The notes beneath the pieces are model-generated. The model made no database searches and was not told the origin of the DNA. It saw only the letters and a list, made by a program, of their open reading frames with translations. From NCBI GenBank assembly GCA_964451415.1, contig CAYVHU010000014.1:6521-70520 (forward strand): a DNA stretch of 64,000 bases. The letters are read 5' to 3'. Position 1 is the stretch's first letter, and each line of letters begins with the position of its first letter. Of the stretch, positions 37,439 through 45,979 are shown piece after piece. The position numbers and the translations under genes are program-made. The stretch is from an uncultured Magnetovibrio sp. (GTDB lineage Bacteria > Pseudomonadota > Alphaproteobacteria > Rhodospirillales > Magnetovibrionaceae).

Positions 37439-38344
37439 ATGAAAATACTGGTAACGGGTGGTTCCGGCTTTTTAGGCAGCCACGTGGCGGATGCGCTGAG
37501 TGAGGCGGGTCACGACGTGACAGTGTTCGACATCAAGCCGTCGGCGTATCTGCAAGACACGCAAAGAATGCTCGTCGGTGACGTCACCGATTTTGAACAG
37601 GTTAGCCGGGCCGTTCAGGGCTGCGACGTTATCTATCATCTGGCCGCCCTCGCCGACATCGACGAGGCCATCAACAAACCGGTAGATACCATGACGGTGA
37701 ACCTGATGGGCACGCTCAACATGCTGGAAGCGGTCCGTAAACACGGCATCAAGCGGTTTGTTTTCTCCAGTTCCATCTATGTGTATTCGAACCAGGGTTC
37801 ATTTTACCGGACCTCCAAGCAGGCTTGTGAGCATTTGATTCAGGATTATCATGAGCGCTATGGAATTGAATATACAATATTACGCTATGGTTCTCTTTAT
37901 GGTCCACGGGCGGATGGAAGCAACTCGGTCTTCAAGATGATCACGTCTGCCTTGGAAGTGGGCAAAATCGAATACAGTGGCAATGGTCGGGAAGTCCGTG
38001 AATACATCCATATCCGTGATGCTGCTTTGATGAGCGCGGACGTTCTGGACGATGAATTCAAGGGTGCCATTTTGCATTTGACGGGACGCGAACGCATGAC
38101 GACGCGCGCCATGCTGGAAATGCTTGCAGAGATGCTGAACGGTGATGTTGATGTTGTTTTCGGGGATGGAAACATCGCCGGCCACTATTTGCAAACCCCC
38201 TACAATTACACGCCGCGCATCGGTCGCAAGATGACGCGCAACACCTACATTGATTTAGGACTCGGGCTTTTGGACTGTATTCAATTTCTTGATAGGTCCA
38301 ACTCCCCAATGCATCCGTCCTGCAGACACGATACGGACGGCTGA
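37439..38344 (+). CDS. NAD-dependent epimerase/dehydratase (extended SDR)
   Basis: 'MKILVTGGSGFLGSHVADAL', 'FSSSIYVY' and 'YRTSK' (YxxxK). Confidence 0.8.
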   Translation: MKILVTGGSGFLGSHVADALSEAGHDVTVFDIKPSAYLQDTQRMLVGDVTDFEQVSRAVQGCDVIYHLAALADIDEAINKPVDTMTVNLMGTLNMLEAVRKHGIKRFVFSSSIYVYSNQGSFYRTSKQACEHLIQDYHERYGIEYTILRYGSLYGPRADGSNSVFKMITSALEVGKIEYSGNGREVREYIHIRDAALMSADVLDDEFKGAILHLTGRERMTTRAMLEMLAEMLNGDVDVVFGDGNIAGHYLQTPYNYTPRIGRKMTRNTYIDLGLGLLDCIQFLDRSNSPMHPSCRHDTDG

Positions 38345-38365
38345 AAAAACTAGAGGAAGACCATT

Positions 38366-39112
38366 ATGATCGCAGCGATTTTGATCGGCCGCGAAGGATC
38401 CACCGGGTTTCCCGGCAAGAACGTATACCCTGTTTTGGGCCGTCCTCTGGTTGCCTATCCGTTGATGGCCGCCCAGGCGGCACCCAGCATTGATCGCACC
38501 TATGTGTCCACCGACAGCGAAGCGATCAAGACGATTGCGCATGATTTCGGTGTGCACGTTATCGATCGTCCAGATTATCTTTGCACCAAGGAAGCCCTGG
38601 GTGAAGATGCCTATGTTCATGCCTATGGGCTGATCAAGGCGCAGTGCGAAGAAAAGGGCGAGGAACTGGAACTGCTGGTCTTGCTGATGGCCAACGCACC
38701 GACCATTTCGAGCGTGCAGTTGGAAGAGGGCATCGCCGTGCTGCGCAAGCAACCCAAAACCGACAGTGCCGTGACGGTGAGTTGTTACAACATGTGGAGT
38801 CCGTTGCGGGCACGCAAGGTGGATGCCTCTGGGCATTTGCAGCCGTTCGTTCCCTTTGAGACTTTTGGGAACCCCAAAACCTTGAATTGCGACCGTGACA
38901 GTCAAGGTGAGGTGTGGTTCGCCGATATGGGCGTATCCATCGTGCGGCCTGAAAACCTCGACACCATGGAAGATGGTTTGTTGCCGCAAAAGTGGATGGG
39001 GAAAAATATCTGGCCAATCAAGAACGTTGGCGGGCTGGATGTGGATTATAATTATCAAATGCCACAGGCCGAATTCTGGTTAAAGGAAAATGGCATTCAA
39101 AAGGCCGATTAG
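38366..39112 (+). CDS. cytidylyltransferase (CTP_transf_3 family), the fourth member in this window
   Basis: 'MIAAILIGREGSTGFPGKNVYPVLGRPLVAYPL' and 'LLMANAPTI'. 248 aa. Confidence 0.7.
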   Translation: MIAAILIGREGSTGFPGKNVYPVLGRPLVAYPLMAAQAAPSIDRTYVSTDSEAIKTIAHDFGVHVIDRPDYLCTKEALGEDAYVHAYGLIKAQCEEKGEELELLVLLMANAPTISSVQLEEGIAVLRKQPKTDSAVTVSCYNMWSPLRARKVDASGHLQPFVPFETFGNPKTLNCDRDSQGEVWFADMGVSIVRPENLDTMEDGLLPQKWMGKNIWPIKNVGGLDVDYNYQMPQAEFWLKENGIQKAD

Positions 39113-39114
39113 TC

Positions 39115-39780
39115 TTATCCGGTAACAATGAATACGCGTGTGTGGTTCTGGTGCAGGATGTAACGTACCGGGTAATCCCGTGGGGAACCTGACGTGCTGG
39201 CTTTTTCCAGGGTATCGCGTTTGTTTTTACCGGGTGCGACCAACACAATGATCCGACTGTCGAGCAGGGCTGCAGGGGTGAGGCTGATACGGGGATGGTC
39301 CGTTCTGTCTACGGCCAATACGCTTAAAGGCGGGGTAAGGCACGCAACGTGCGGGAAAATGGATGCAACGTGGCCGTCTTCCCCCATGCCCAGGAAGGTT
39401 ACAGAAAACGGACGAGTGATGGGGCGTAGGCGGGATTCTATCTCGTCCAGGGCTTGTGTCGGATGAGCCGCAGCCGTTTTCAATCCGGTGAAGGTGGCGA
39501 GTCTGGTGCCGCTGTTCGACAGGATTTTTTGAACCAGCCGTTCGTTACTGTCGGGATGCTCTGCGTCAACCCAACGTTCGTCCGACAGGATAATGTCGAC
39601 GTGTTCCCAGGTTACGTTTTGTTGCGCTAATAAAGGTAGAACTAATCCAGCGGTGCGTCCACCCGGAACGACCAAAGAGGCGCGAGACGTTATCTCTAAA
39701 CCTTGCCGTAGATGAGTGGCGATAATCTCTGCCGCTGTTTCGGCCCAGTTGTCTGGAGAGTGGATGGTGTCATGAACCAT
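39115..39780 (-). CDS. pgl: 6-phosphogluconolactonase
   Basis: 'LVVPGGRTAGLVL', 'ILSDERWV' and 'FLGMGEDGHVASIFP' are typical of the 6PGL/NagB-family lactonase. It is the only convincing minus-strand gene in the window. Confidence 0.8.
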   Translation of the reverse strand: MVHDTIHSPDNWAETAAEIIATHLRQGLEITSRASLVVPGGRTAGLVLPLLAQQNVTWEHVDIILSDERWVDAEHPDSNERLVQKILSNSGTRLATFTGLKTAAAHPTQALDEIESRLRPITRPFSVTFLGMGEDGHVASIFPHVACLTPPLSVLAVDRTDHPRISLTPAALLDSRIIVLVAPGKNKRDTLEKASTSGSPRDYPVRYILHQNHTRVFIVTG

Positions 39781-39860
39781 ATGTACAATTTCATGTTGTT
39801 TTCAGGGTGCCGAACCCTAAGCCGGGTCAGGACAATCAAGTAGCAGGAGTGATTCAGGGT

Positions 39861-40910
39861 ATGTCTGATCTGGTTAAACTGGATGGTTATACATGCGGCG
39901 TTTGTGGATACGATGAGTTCTTACCCGTGGACTTTACGTCCTATACCATGGCCTCGGGGTCGAGCAACACCGACGTAAACGACTTCGTTAATCATATTTG
40001 CGATAACTGCGGCGTGGTGACACCTTATCCGCAGCCCGATCTGGATAAATTAGCGAAGCATTACAATGATGCCTACCGAAAGGACCGGTACGCCCTAGAC
40101 TTGGATGGCGAGTTCTTTCGCCCCCCGGTACAAATTCCTTGGAGCGGGGTAAGCTTTCTGCGGTTCCAGTCATTTTTTGATATGGTTCAGCGTCACAAGG
40201 GGAACGTTCCGGAACTGGTTCCGACCGCATCTGATACCTTCATTGATTACGGTGCATATCAAGGTATGTTTTTGTACGGTGCGAAACAGGCCTGGGGCTG
40301 TAATGGTATTGCCTATGATTACAACGAAGATGGCATCGCCTTTGCGCGCAATGCTCTTGACATGGGAAATTCCGTGGTTGCCCGGAACATTTACAGTGAC
40401 ACGTTTGCCGTGAGGGCGAAGTACGTTTCGTTGGTCCACGCGTTTGAACATCTTCAATATCCTGGAAAGTTTCTGGATCATCTGAAGCGTGAAGTTATGA
40501 CCGACGGCGGGTGGCTTTACATTGAAGTGCCAAATGCTTTTGGCTTTCCGATGTCCGACCCGACCCATTATTATTCCTACACGCTCGATGCCTTGAAGCG
40601 CACCATGGAAACCAATGGCTTTAAAGTGCATGATATCTGGATTGGCAACTATCCAATTTTAAAAGAATATGAATGGTCCACGCCAATTCAGAACATTTAT
40701 TGTTTGGCGCGACCATCCAGCAGTACCGAGACCAACGACCATCCGCGCGTACGTGCACAGAGCGTCTATAATGAACTGCGCAAAAGTTATCGCGTTCTGT
40801 CCTCTCGTTACGTCTGGGACGAATTCAGAAAGTTGATGTGGGATTGCGTGCGCATGGTCAAACACATATGGAAACTGGTTACACTTGATTTTCTGGGAAT
40901 GAAACGGTAA
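39861..40910 (+). CDS. class I SAM-dependent methyltransferase with an N-terminal Cys4 zinc-ribbon
   Basis: 'CGVCGYDEF...CDNCGVV', then 'FIDYGAYQGMFLYGA', 'KYVSLVHAFEHLQYP' and 'GGWLYIEVPN'. GGAG precedes ATG 39861. Confidence 0.7.
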   Translation: MSDLVKLDGYTCGVCGYDEFLPVDFTSYTMASGSSNTDVNDFVNHICDNCGVVTPYPQPDLDKLAKHYNDAYRKDRYALDLDGEFFRPPVQIPWSGVSFLRFQSFFDMVQRHKGNVPELVPTASDTFIDYGAYQGMFLYGAKQAWGCNGIAYDYNEDGIAFARNALDMGNSVVARNIYSDTFAVRAKYVSLVHAFEHLQYPGKFLDHLKREVMTDGGWLYIEVPNAFGFPMSDPTHYYSYTLDALKRTMETNGFKVHDIWIGNYPILKEYEWSTPIQNIYCLARPSSSTETNDHPRVRAQSVYNELRKSYRVLSSRYVWDEFRKLMWDCVRMVKHIWKLVTLDFLGMKR

Positions 40911-41725
40911 TGCCGTTTTCCGTTTCCAATATTGGGTTACCGCCGCATGGGTGTGAACCCAGGTTTGATAAAGTTAAAGAGCTTGGTTTTGATGGCGTTG
41001 AAGTTGCGCCGAGCCGGGTGTGGTGTGATACGTGGAAAGGCTTGCGTGCCGCAGATGTCGAGCGATACCGTCAACAGATTGAGGCGGCGGGGCTCAAAGT
41101 GGTTGGCCTGCATTCTTTGTTTTTCGATCAACCCGATTTGACGATTTTTGGTGACGATCACACGCGCGCCAGGTCTGTGGAATTTTTAGCGCATCTCTCT
41201 ACGGTATGCCGGGACCTAGGTGGCAAAACATTGATTTTCGGTTCACCGAACGCTCGACGACGAGGCCCCATGACGAAGCCGCAGGCTCTGGATTTGGCGG
41301 CGCGAACTTTTGATGAACTGAGCGCAAAAACCCAAGGCCATGGCACCCTGTTTTGTATGGAGCCCTTGGGGCCCACGGAAACGGATTTTTGCAATACCAT
41401 TGCCGAGATCGAAGACCTGTATGCACGCATTGACACGGATATTGTGCGCTTTCAAATTGATGTGCGGGCGTTGAGTGCCAACGGTGAGGTCGTCTCGAGC
41501 GTGTTCGAAAAGGTTAAATCCCTGCTGGCGCATGTGCACGTGAACGCGGCCGATCTCGGGGCGTTGCGCACCGATGATGGCGTTGAACATAAGATGGCGG
41601 GGAATTTTTTGAAACAGATCAAGTATGCCAGCTTCTTGTCTCTCGAACAGCGTAGCGTGGATGAGAGTGATTACTGGACGCCCCTTGCCCAAAGCATGAA
41701 AATTATGAAAGAATTTTATGCATGA
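40910..41725 (+). CDS. sugar phosphate isomerase/epimerase (xylose-isomerase-like TIM barrel)
   Basis: 'ELGFDGVEVAP', 'GLKVVGLHSLF', 'LIFGSP' and 'FCMEPLGPTETDF' are typical AP_endonuc_2/TIM-barrel segments. Confidence 0.65.
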   Translation: MPFSVSNIGLPPHGCEPRFDKVKELGFDGVEVAPSRVWCDTWKGLRAADVERYRQQIEAAGLKVVGLHSLFFDQPDLTIFGDDHTRARSVEFLAHLSTVCRDLGGKTLIFGSPNARRRGPMTKPQALDLAARTFDELSAKTQGHGTLFCMEPLGPTETDFCNTIAEIEDLYARIDTDIVRFQIDVRALSANGEVVSSVFEKVKSLLAHVHVNAADLGALRTDDGVEHKMAGNFLKQIKYASFLSLEQRSVDESDYWTPLAQSMKIMKEFYA

Positions 41726-42486
41726 CACCTTTTGCTAAGCCCGATTGGACTCCCAGGGTGCCTGACAACGCAAAGATTTTGGTTGTCGGTGCTTCCGGTG
41801 GCATCGGCCAGGCTGTGGTTCGGATGTTGACCGACGGTTCGTCGTGTATGATCGGTGTCCATGGCCGCAATGGCAGTTGTTTGAACCCGGGCAACACCAT
41901 CGTGCCTTTGGTGGCGTCTTTGAAAACGATGGACGATTGTGAGGCGCTGGTTGCAAAATTTGTTGGCGCGGCTGGCGGTATTGATGGTTTGGTTGTGCTG
42001 TCAGGCAGTATTTCTTCGACTGCACATTGGTCCGAAGTGTCTGAAGACAGTTGGCTTGATGATATGAACGCCAACCTCAATGTGCCGTTCTATCTGGCTC
42101 GGGCAGCTTTTGAACGGATGAAAAAGAAAGGCGGAAAGATCGTCCTCAACGGGACGGAATCCGCGCTTCATGGGGGGAGTTCGACAGCCTTTGCCTATGG
42201 CGTCGCCAAACACGGTGTTGAATGTATGGTGAAAGGATTGGCGCGTGATGGGGCGCCGCATGATATTTTAGTCAATGGCGTGCGTATAGGCTTCGTTGAT
42301 AGCGGTTTTCACAAACGCTGGCAGAACAAAACAGATGCTGATTTGGAGAATAGAGTTGATATGATTCCGCTCAAACGTGCCGGACATGTTGATGAGGTCG
42401 CCGCACTCGTCATATATCTAATGTCTGGATATGCTGATTTCATCACGGGTCAGATGATTGGTTTGACGGGTGGGGATTGGCTTTAA
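41722..42486 (+). CDS. short-chain dehydrogenase/reductase (classical SDR)
   Basis: 'ILVVGASGGIGQAVVRML' (TGxxxGxG-like), 'YGVAKHG' (YxxxK) and 'RAGHVDEVAALVIYLMSGYADFITGQMIGLTGG'. Confidence 0.8.
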   Translation: MTPFAKPDWTPRVPDNAKILVVGASGGIGQAVVRMLTDGSSCMIGVHGRNGSCLNPGNTIVPLVASLKTMDDCEALVAKFVGAAGGIDGLVVLSGSISSTAHWSEVSEDSWLDDMNANLNVPFYLARAAFERMKKKGGKIVLNGTESALHGGSSTAFAYGVAKHGVECMVKGLARDGAPHDILVNGVRIGFVDSGFHKRWQNKTDADLENRVDMIPLKRAGHVDEVAALVIYLMSGYADFITGQMIGLTGGDWL

Positions 42487-42555
42487 ACTGTTGTTTGCGG
42501 ATAAGTTACTTGATTTTGCAAGTGTATTTGCACCTTGATAAGGAAATAGGACTTC

Positions 42556-44133
42556 ATGGGAATTCGCGTGCTTTTCGTCTATCCCAATACCTTTGGGATG
42601 AACATGCTGCCGCCCGCGATTGCATTGTTTTCGGCGCTGTTGAAGCGCGAAGGCCATCAGATCGCAGTGTTTGATGCGACCTATTATCAGACCGATTACG
42701 GTATCGACAGCGATGGTACCAAAATGGAAATGCTGAACGTTGTGCCCTACAATATGGATGGGCGCGGCATTAATTTGCGCACTACCGAGTGGCGGCAGGA
42801 CTTACATGAACAGGTGGAACGCTTCCAGCCGGACTTAATTGCCGTGTCCTCGACCGAGGACATGTGGGAATTGGGTATGCACATTCTGGAGGAGGTTGAA
42901 GACTATAAAACGCGCAACGCTGTGCCGGTAATTGCCGGTGGCGTGTTTCCCACATTTGCCCCCGATATCACGCTCAACTGGCCATTGATCGATATGGTGT
43001 GCGTGGGAGAAGGGGAAAATGCACTGGTCGATTTGTGTGCCAAAATCGAGCGTGGCGAAGATTATTTCGACGTGACCAACCTGTGGCTTAAGGACAAGGA
43101 CGGACGGATTGTCAAGAATGCAGTGACCAAGCCTGTCGATATTAACGCCCTGCCCATGATTGACATTGGTATCTTTGAAGATGCACGCTTGTATCGGCCC
43201 ATGGCCGGGCGTGTATACCGCATGTTGCCGATCGAAACCATTCGCGGCTGTCCGTATTCCTGCCGCTACTGCAATTCGCCGACACAAATGGCTCTCTATA
43301 AGGAAATGACGGGCGCAAAATTCCTGCGCAAGAAGAAAATGGATCTGGTGCACAAGGAATTGCGCTATTTCAAAGATGAACTGAATCTGGAATACGCATA
43401 TTTCTGGGCTGATACATTTCTGGCAATGAACAACCGCGAGCTGGATGAGTTCTGCGAAATGTATTCCGACATCAAGTTGCCGTTTTGGATGCAGACGCGT
43501 CCCGAAACCATCAATCACGACAATATCAAAAAGCTCAGTGAAGTGGGTTTGCACAGGATTTCGTTTGGTCTGGAGCACGGCAACGAGGAATTTCGCGCGC
43601 GCATGTTAGGTCGGCGCTGGAAAAACGAGGATATCATCGAATCCTTGAAAATACCGCACCAGTACGGAGTGCAGTTCTCGGTCAACAACATCACCGGGTT
43701 TCCTGAGGAAACCCGTGAAATCGCCATGGATACGGTGGAGCTTAATCGCCATATCGGTGCGGACAATGCCAATATTTATTCGTTCGTTCCGTTTCACGGA
43801 ACGCCCTTGCGCAAGGTGTGTGAGGACAAGGGATTGATTGCTCACGAAACCATCACGAAGTGCCTCACCGATGCCCCGGTGTTTGAGATGGAGCAATATT
43901 CCATCGACGAAATAATGGGCCTGCGCAAATGCTTTGTACTCTATGTGGCGTTCCCGAAAAACCGCTGGAAGGACATTGCGCGCGCCGAAGCGAACACCCC
44001 TGAAGGCAACCGTATTTTTGCGGAATTGAAGGAAGAGTACATGGATAAGTATTTCCATGCTCCGGCGGACAATCCCAATGCCGAAATCGCCAATGTGGCG
44101 GATTTGGAATACGGTATGCAGGCCAGCACTTAA
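42556..44133 (+). CDS. B12-binding-domain radical SAM enzyme
   Basis: N-terminal 'IRVLFVYPNTFGMNMLPPAIALFSALLKREGH...IAVSSTEDMW...VIAGGVFPTF' and radical SAM core 'IETIRGCPYSCRYCNSP'. 525 aa. Confidence 0.8.
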   Translation: MGIRVLFVYPNTFGMNMLPPAIALFSALLKREGHQIAVFDATYYQTDYGIDSDGTKMEMLNVVPYNMDGRGINLRTTEWRQDLHEQVERFQPDLIAVSSTEDMWELGMHILEEVEDYKTRNAVPVIAGGVFPTFAPDITLNWPLIDMVCVGEGENALVDLCAKIERGEDYFDVTNLWLKDKDGRIVKNAVTKPVDINALPMIDIGIFEDARLYRPMAGRVYRMLPIETIRGCPYSCRYCNSPTQMALYKEMTGAKFLRKKKMDLVHKELRYFKDELNLEYAYFWADTFLAMNNRELDEFCEMYSDIKLPFWMQTRPETINHDNIKKLSEVGLHRISFGLEHGNEEFRARMLGRRWKNEDIIESLKIPHQYGVQFSVNNITGFPEETREIAMDTVELNRHIGADNANIYSFVPFHGTPLRKVCEDKGLIAHETITKCLTDAPVFEMEQYSIDEIMGLRKCFVLYVAFPKNRWKDIARAEANTPEGNRIFAELKEEYMDKYFHAPADNPNAEIANVADLEYGMQAST

Positions 44134-44151
44134 ACAGTCCAGTACTTAAAG

Positions 44152-45297
44152 GTGAAGCCCATCATATATACCAAGGACAACAGCTTCGTCGGTTTTTCCG
44201 GCGTGGATCGAGACATCACGGCCATTCTGACCCGGGTGCGGGCGTTGGCGTCCGGGCTGGACGATATGAATCTGGACGCGCACCGTCTGGAAATTTTGCG
44301 CCGCGTCTGCGGCAACCTGCTTGCCGACGAAGGCAAAGGCGTCGACGGATTTTGGCTGCGCCCACACATCGTCGAAGAGCTACGCCGGATTAGCGATGAT
44401 GAGTTGCCGCGCTATTTGTTCTATCGTTTCCGTTACGACGTGTTTCCGGCAAAGAAGGAACTGGACGCCTTTCCGCCGTGCGTACAGATCGAGCCGACCT
44501 CGGTGTGTAATTACCGTTGCGTGTTTTGCTACCAGACCGACCCCAAGCTGCAAGACAGGAAAGCCGGACACAAGGGCCGCATGAGCCTGGATGTGTTCAA
44601 GGCCGTGGTTGATCAGATCGAAGGCGAGGTCGAAGCCGTAAGTCTGGCCAGTCGCGGTGAACCGTTGCTGTGCAAGGATATCGTCCCCATGCTGGAATAC
44701 ATTTCCGGCAAATTTTTAGGGTTAAAGATCAATACCAACGCTTGGTATTTAACGGAAGAAAAGGCCCATGCCTTGCTGTCTGCGGACTGCAACACCATCG
44801 TTTTTTCCGCCGATGCGGCGGACGACGAACTGTACGCCAAGCTGCGCGTCAACGGACGACTGGATCAGGTGTTGGCAAATATACGCATGTTCGCCGACAT
44901 CCGGGCCAAACACTATTCCGCTTCGCGCACCATTACGCGAGTTTCGGGGGTGAAGTTTTCCGATCAGCAGGATTTCGCAGCCATCGAGAACTTCTGGAAG
45001 GACTACGTCGATCAGGTGGCGTTCGTCGAATATAACCCGTGGGTCAGCGTTTACGATGCGCAGCCCAGCGGTGTGGAGGCGGCCTGTTCGGATTTGTGGC
45101 GGCGCACCTTTGTGTGGTGGGACGGGCGCGTCAATCCGTGTGACGTGGACTACCTGTCCCATCTGGCGGTGGGCGACATCACCGAGACGCCCCTGTCGGA
45201 AATCTGGCGCGGCGAAGGGTACGAGGCCCTGCGCCAACAGCATTTGGACGGCGATCGTGCAAACCTGATGCCGTGTCGCAATTGTTCTTTGGTGTAG
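44152..45297 (+). CDS. radical SAM protein with a SPASM-like C-terminal domain (GTG start)
   Basis: 'IEPTSVCNYRCVFCYQ'. C-terminal 'ACSDLWRRTFVWWDGRVNPCDVD...MPCRNCS'. Confidence 0.8.
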   Translation: MKPIIYTKDNSFVGFSGVDRDITAILTRVRALASGLDDMNLDAHRLEILRRVCGNLLADEGKGVDGFWLRPHIVEELRRISDDELPRYLFYRFRYDVFPAKKELDAFPPCVQIEPTSVCNYRCVFCYQTDPKLQDRKAGHKGRMSLDVFKAVVDQIEGEVEAVSLASRGEPLLCKDIVPMLEYISGKFLGLKINTNAWYLTEEKAHALLSADCNTIVFSADAADDELYAKLRVNGRLDQVLANIRMFADIRAKHYSASRTITRVSGVKFSDQQDFAAIENFWKDYVDQVAFVEYNPWVSVYDAQPSGVEAACSDLWRRTFVWWDGRVNPCDVDYLSHLAVGDITETPLSEIWRGEGYEALRQQHLDGDRANLMPCRNCSLV

Positions 45298-45303
45298 GGT
45301 CCC

Positions 45304-45975
45304 ATGGCATTCCCCCTCGACCTTGAGCGTTACCGCAGTGTGGTTTTCGATTGCGATGGTGTGTTGCTGGATTCCAACTTGGTCAAGACCGAAGCCTTCC
45401 GCCGTGCCGTGGGGCATTACGGCCATGATGTCACGGAAAAACTGGTTGAGCACCACGTCACCAACGGCGGCATTTCCAGGTTCAAGAAATTCGCTTATTT
45501 TTTTGAGGTGCTTTTGGGGCGTGCACCGCATGAAGGGGAAATGGAAGACGTTCTGGCGCGATTTTCCGCGGCGACGAAACAAGGTCTGGTGGATTGTGAC
45601 GAGGCCCCGAAATTGCGTGAGATTTTGTCTTCTATTCCCGAAGATCGGCCCCGTTTGGTGGTTTCCGGGGGCGCCCAGGACGAACTGCACGAGGTCTTTT
45701 CCAAACGGGGTTTGACACCGTATTTCACGGCCATTTTTGGCAGTCCCGACACCAAGGAGGAAATTTTGTCCCGGGAAATCGCCAACGGAAACCTGCTTGA
45801 ACCCGCCTTGTATATTGGCGATTCCCGTTACGATTACCTTGCGGCCAAGGCTTGCGGTCTGGACTTTGTTTTTGTTTCCGGGTGGACGGAATTTTCCGGT
45901 TGGGAAGACTTTTGCGCCGACAAAAACATTCGCGTTTTTGAGAGCGTGTCCGCTATTTTTAACGCAAGCACCTGA
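45304..45975 (+). CDS. HAD-superfamily hydrolase (phosphatase/phosphomutase-like)
   Basis: 'VVFDCDGVLLDSN' (DxDG motif I), 'VVSGGAQ' and 'LYIGDSRYDYLAAKACG' (motif IV). Confidence 0.75.
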   Translation: MAFPLDLERYRSVVFDCDGVLLDSNLVKTEAFRRAVGHYGHDVTEKLVEHHVTNGGISRFKKFAYFFEVLLGRAPHEGEMEDVLARFSAATKQGLVDCDEAPKLREILSSIPEDRPRLVVSGGAQDELHEVFSKRGLTPYFTAIFGSPDTKEEILSREIANGNLLEPALYIGDSRYDYLAAKACGLDFVFVSGWTEFSGWEDFCADKNIRVFESVSAIFNAST

Positions 45976-45979
45976 TCTT

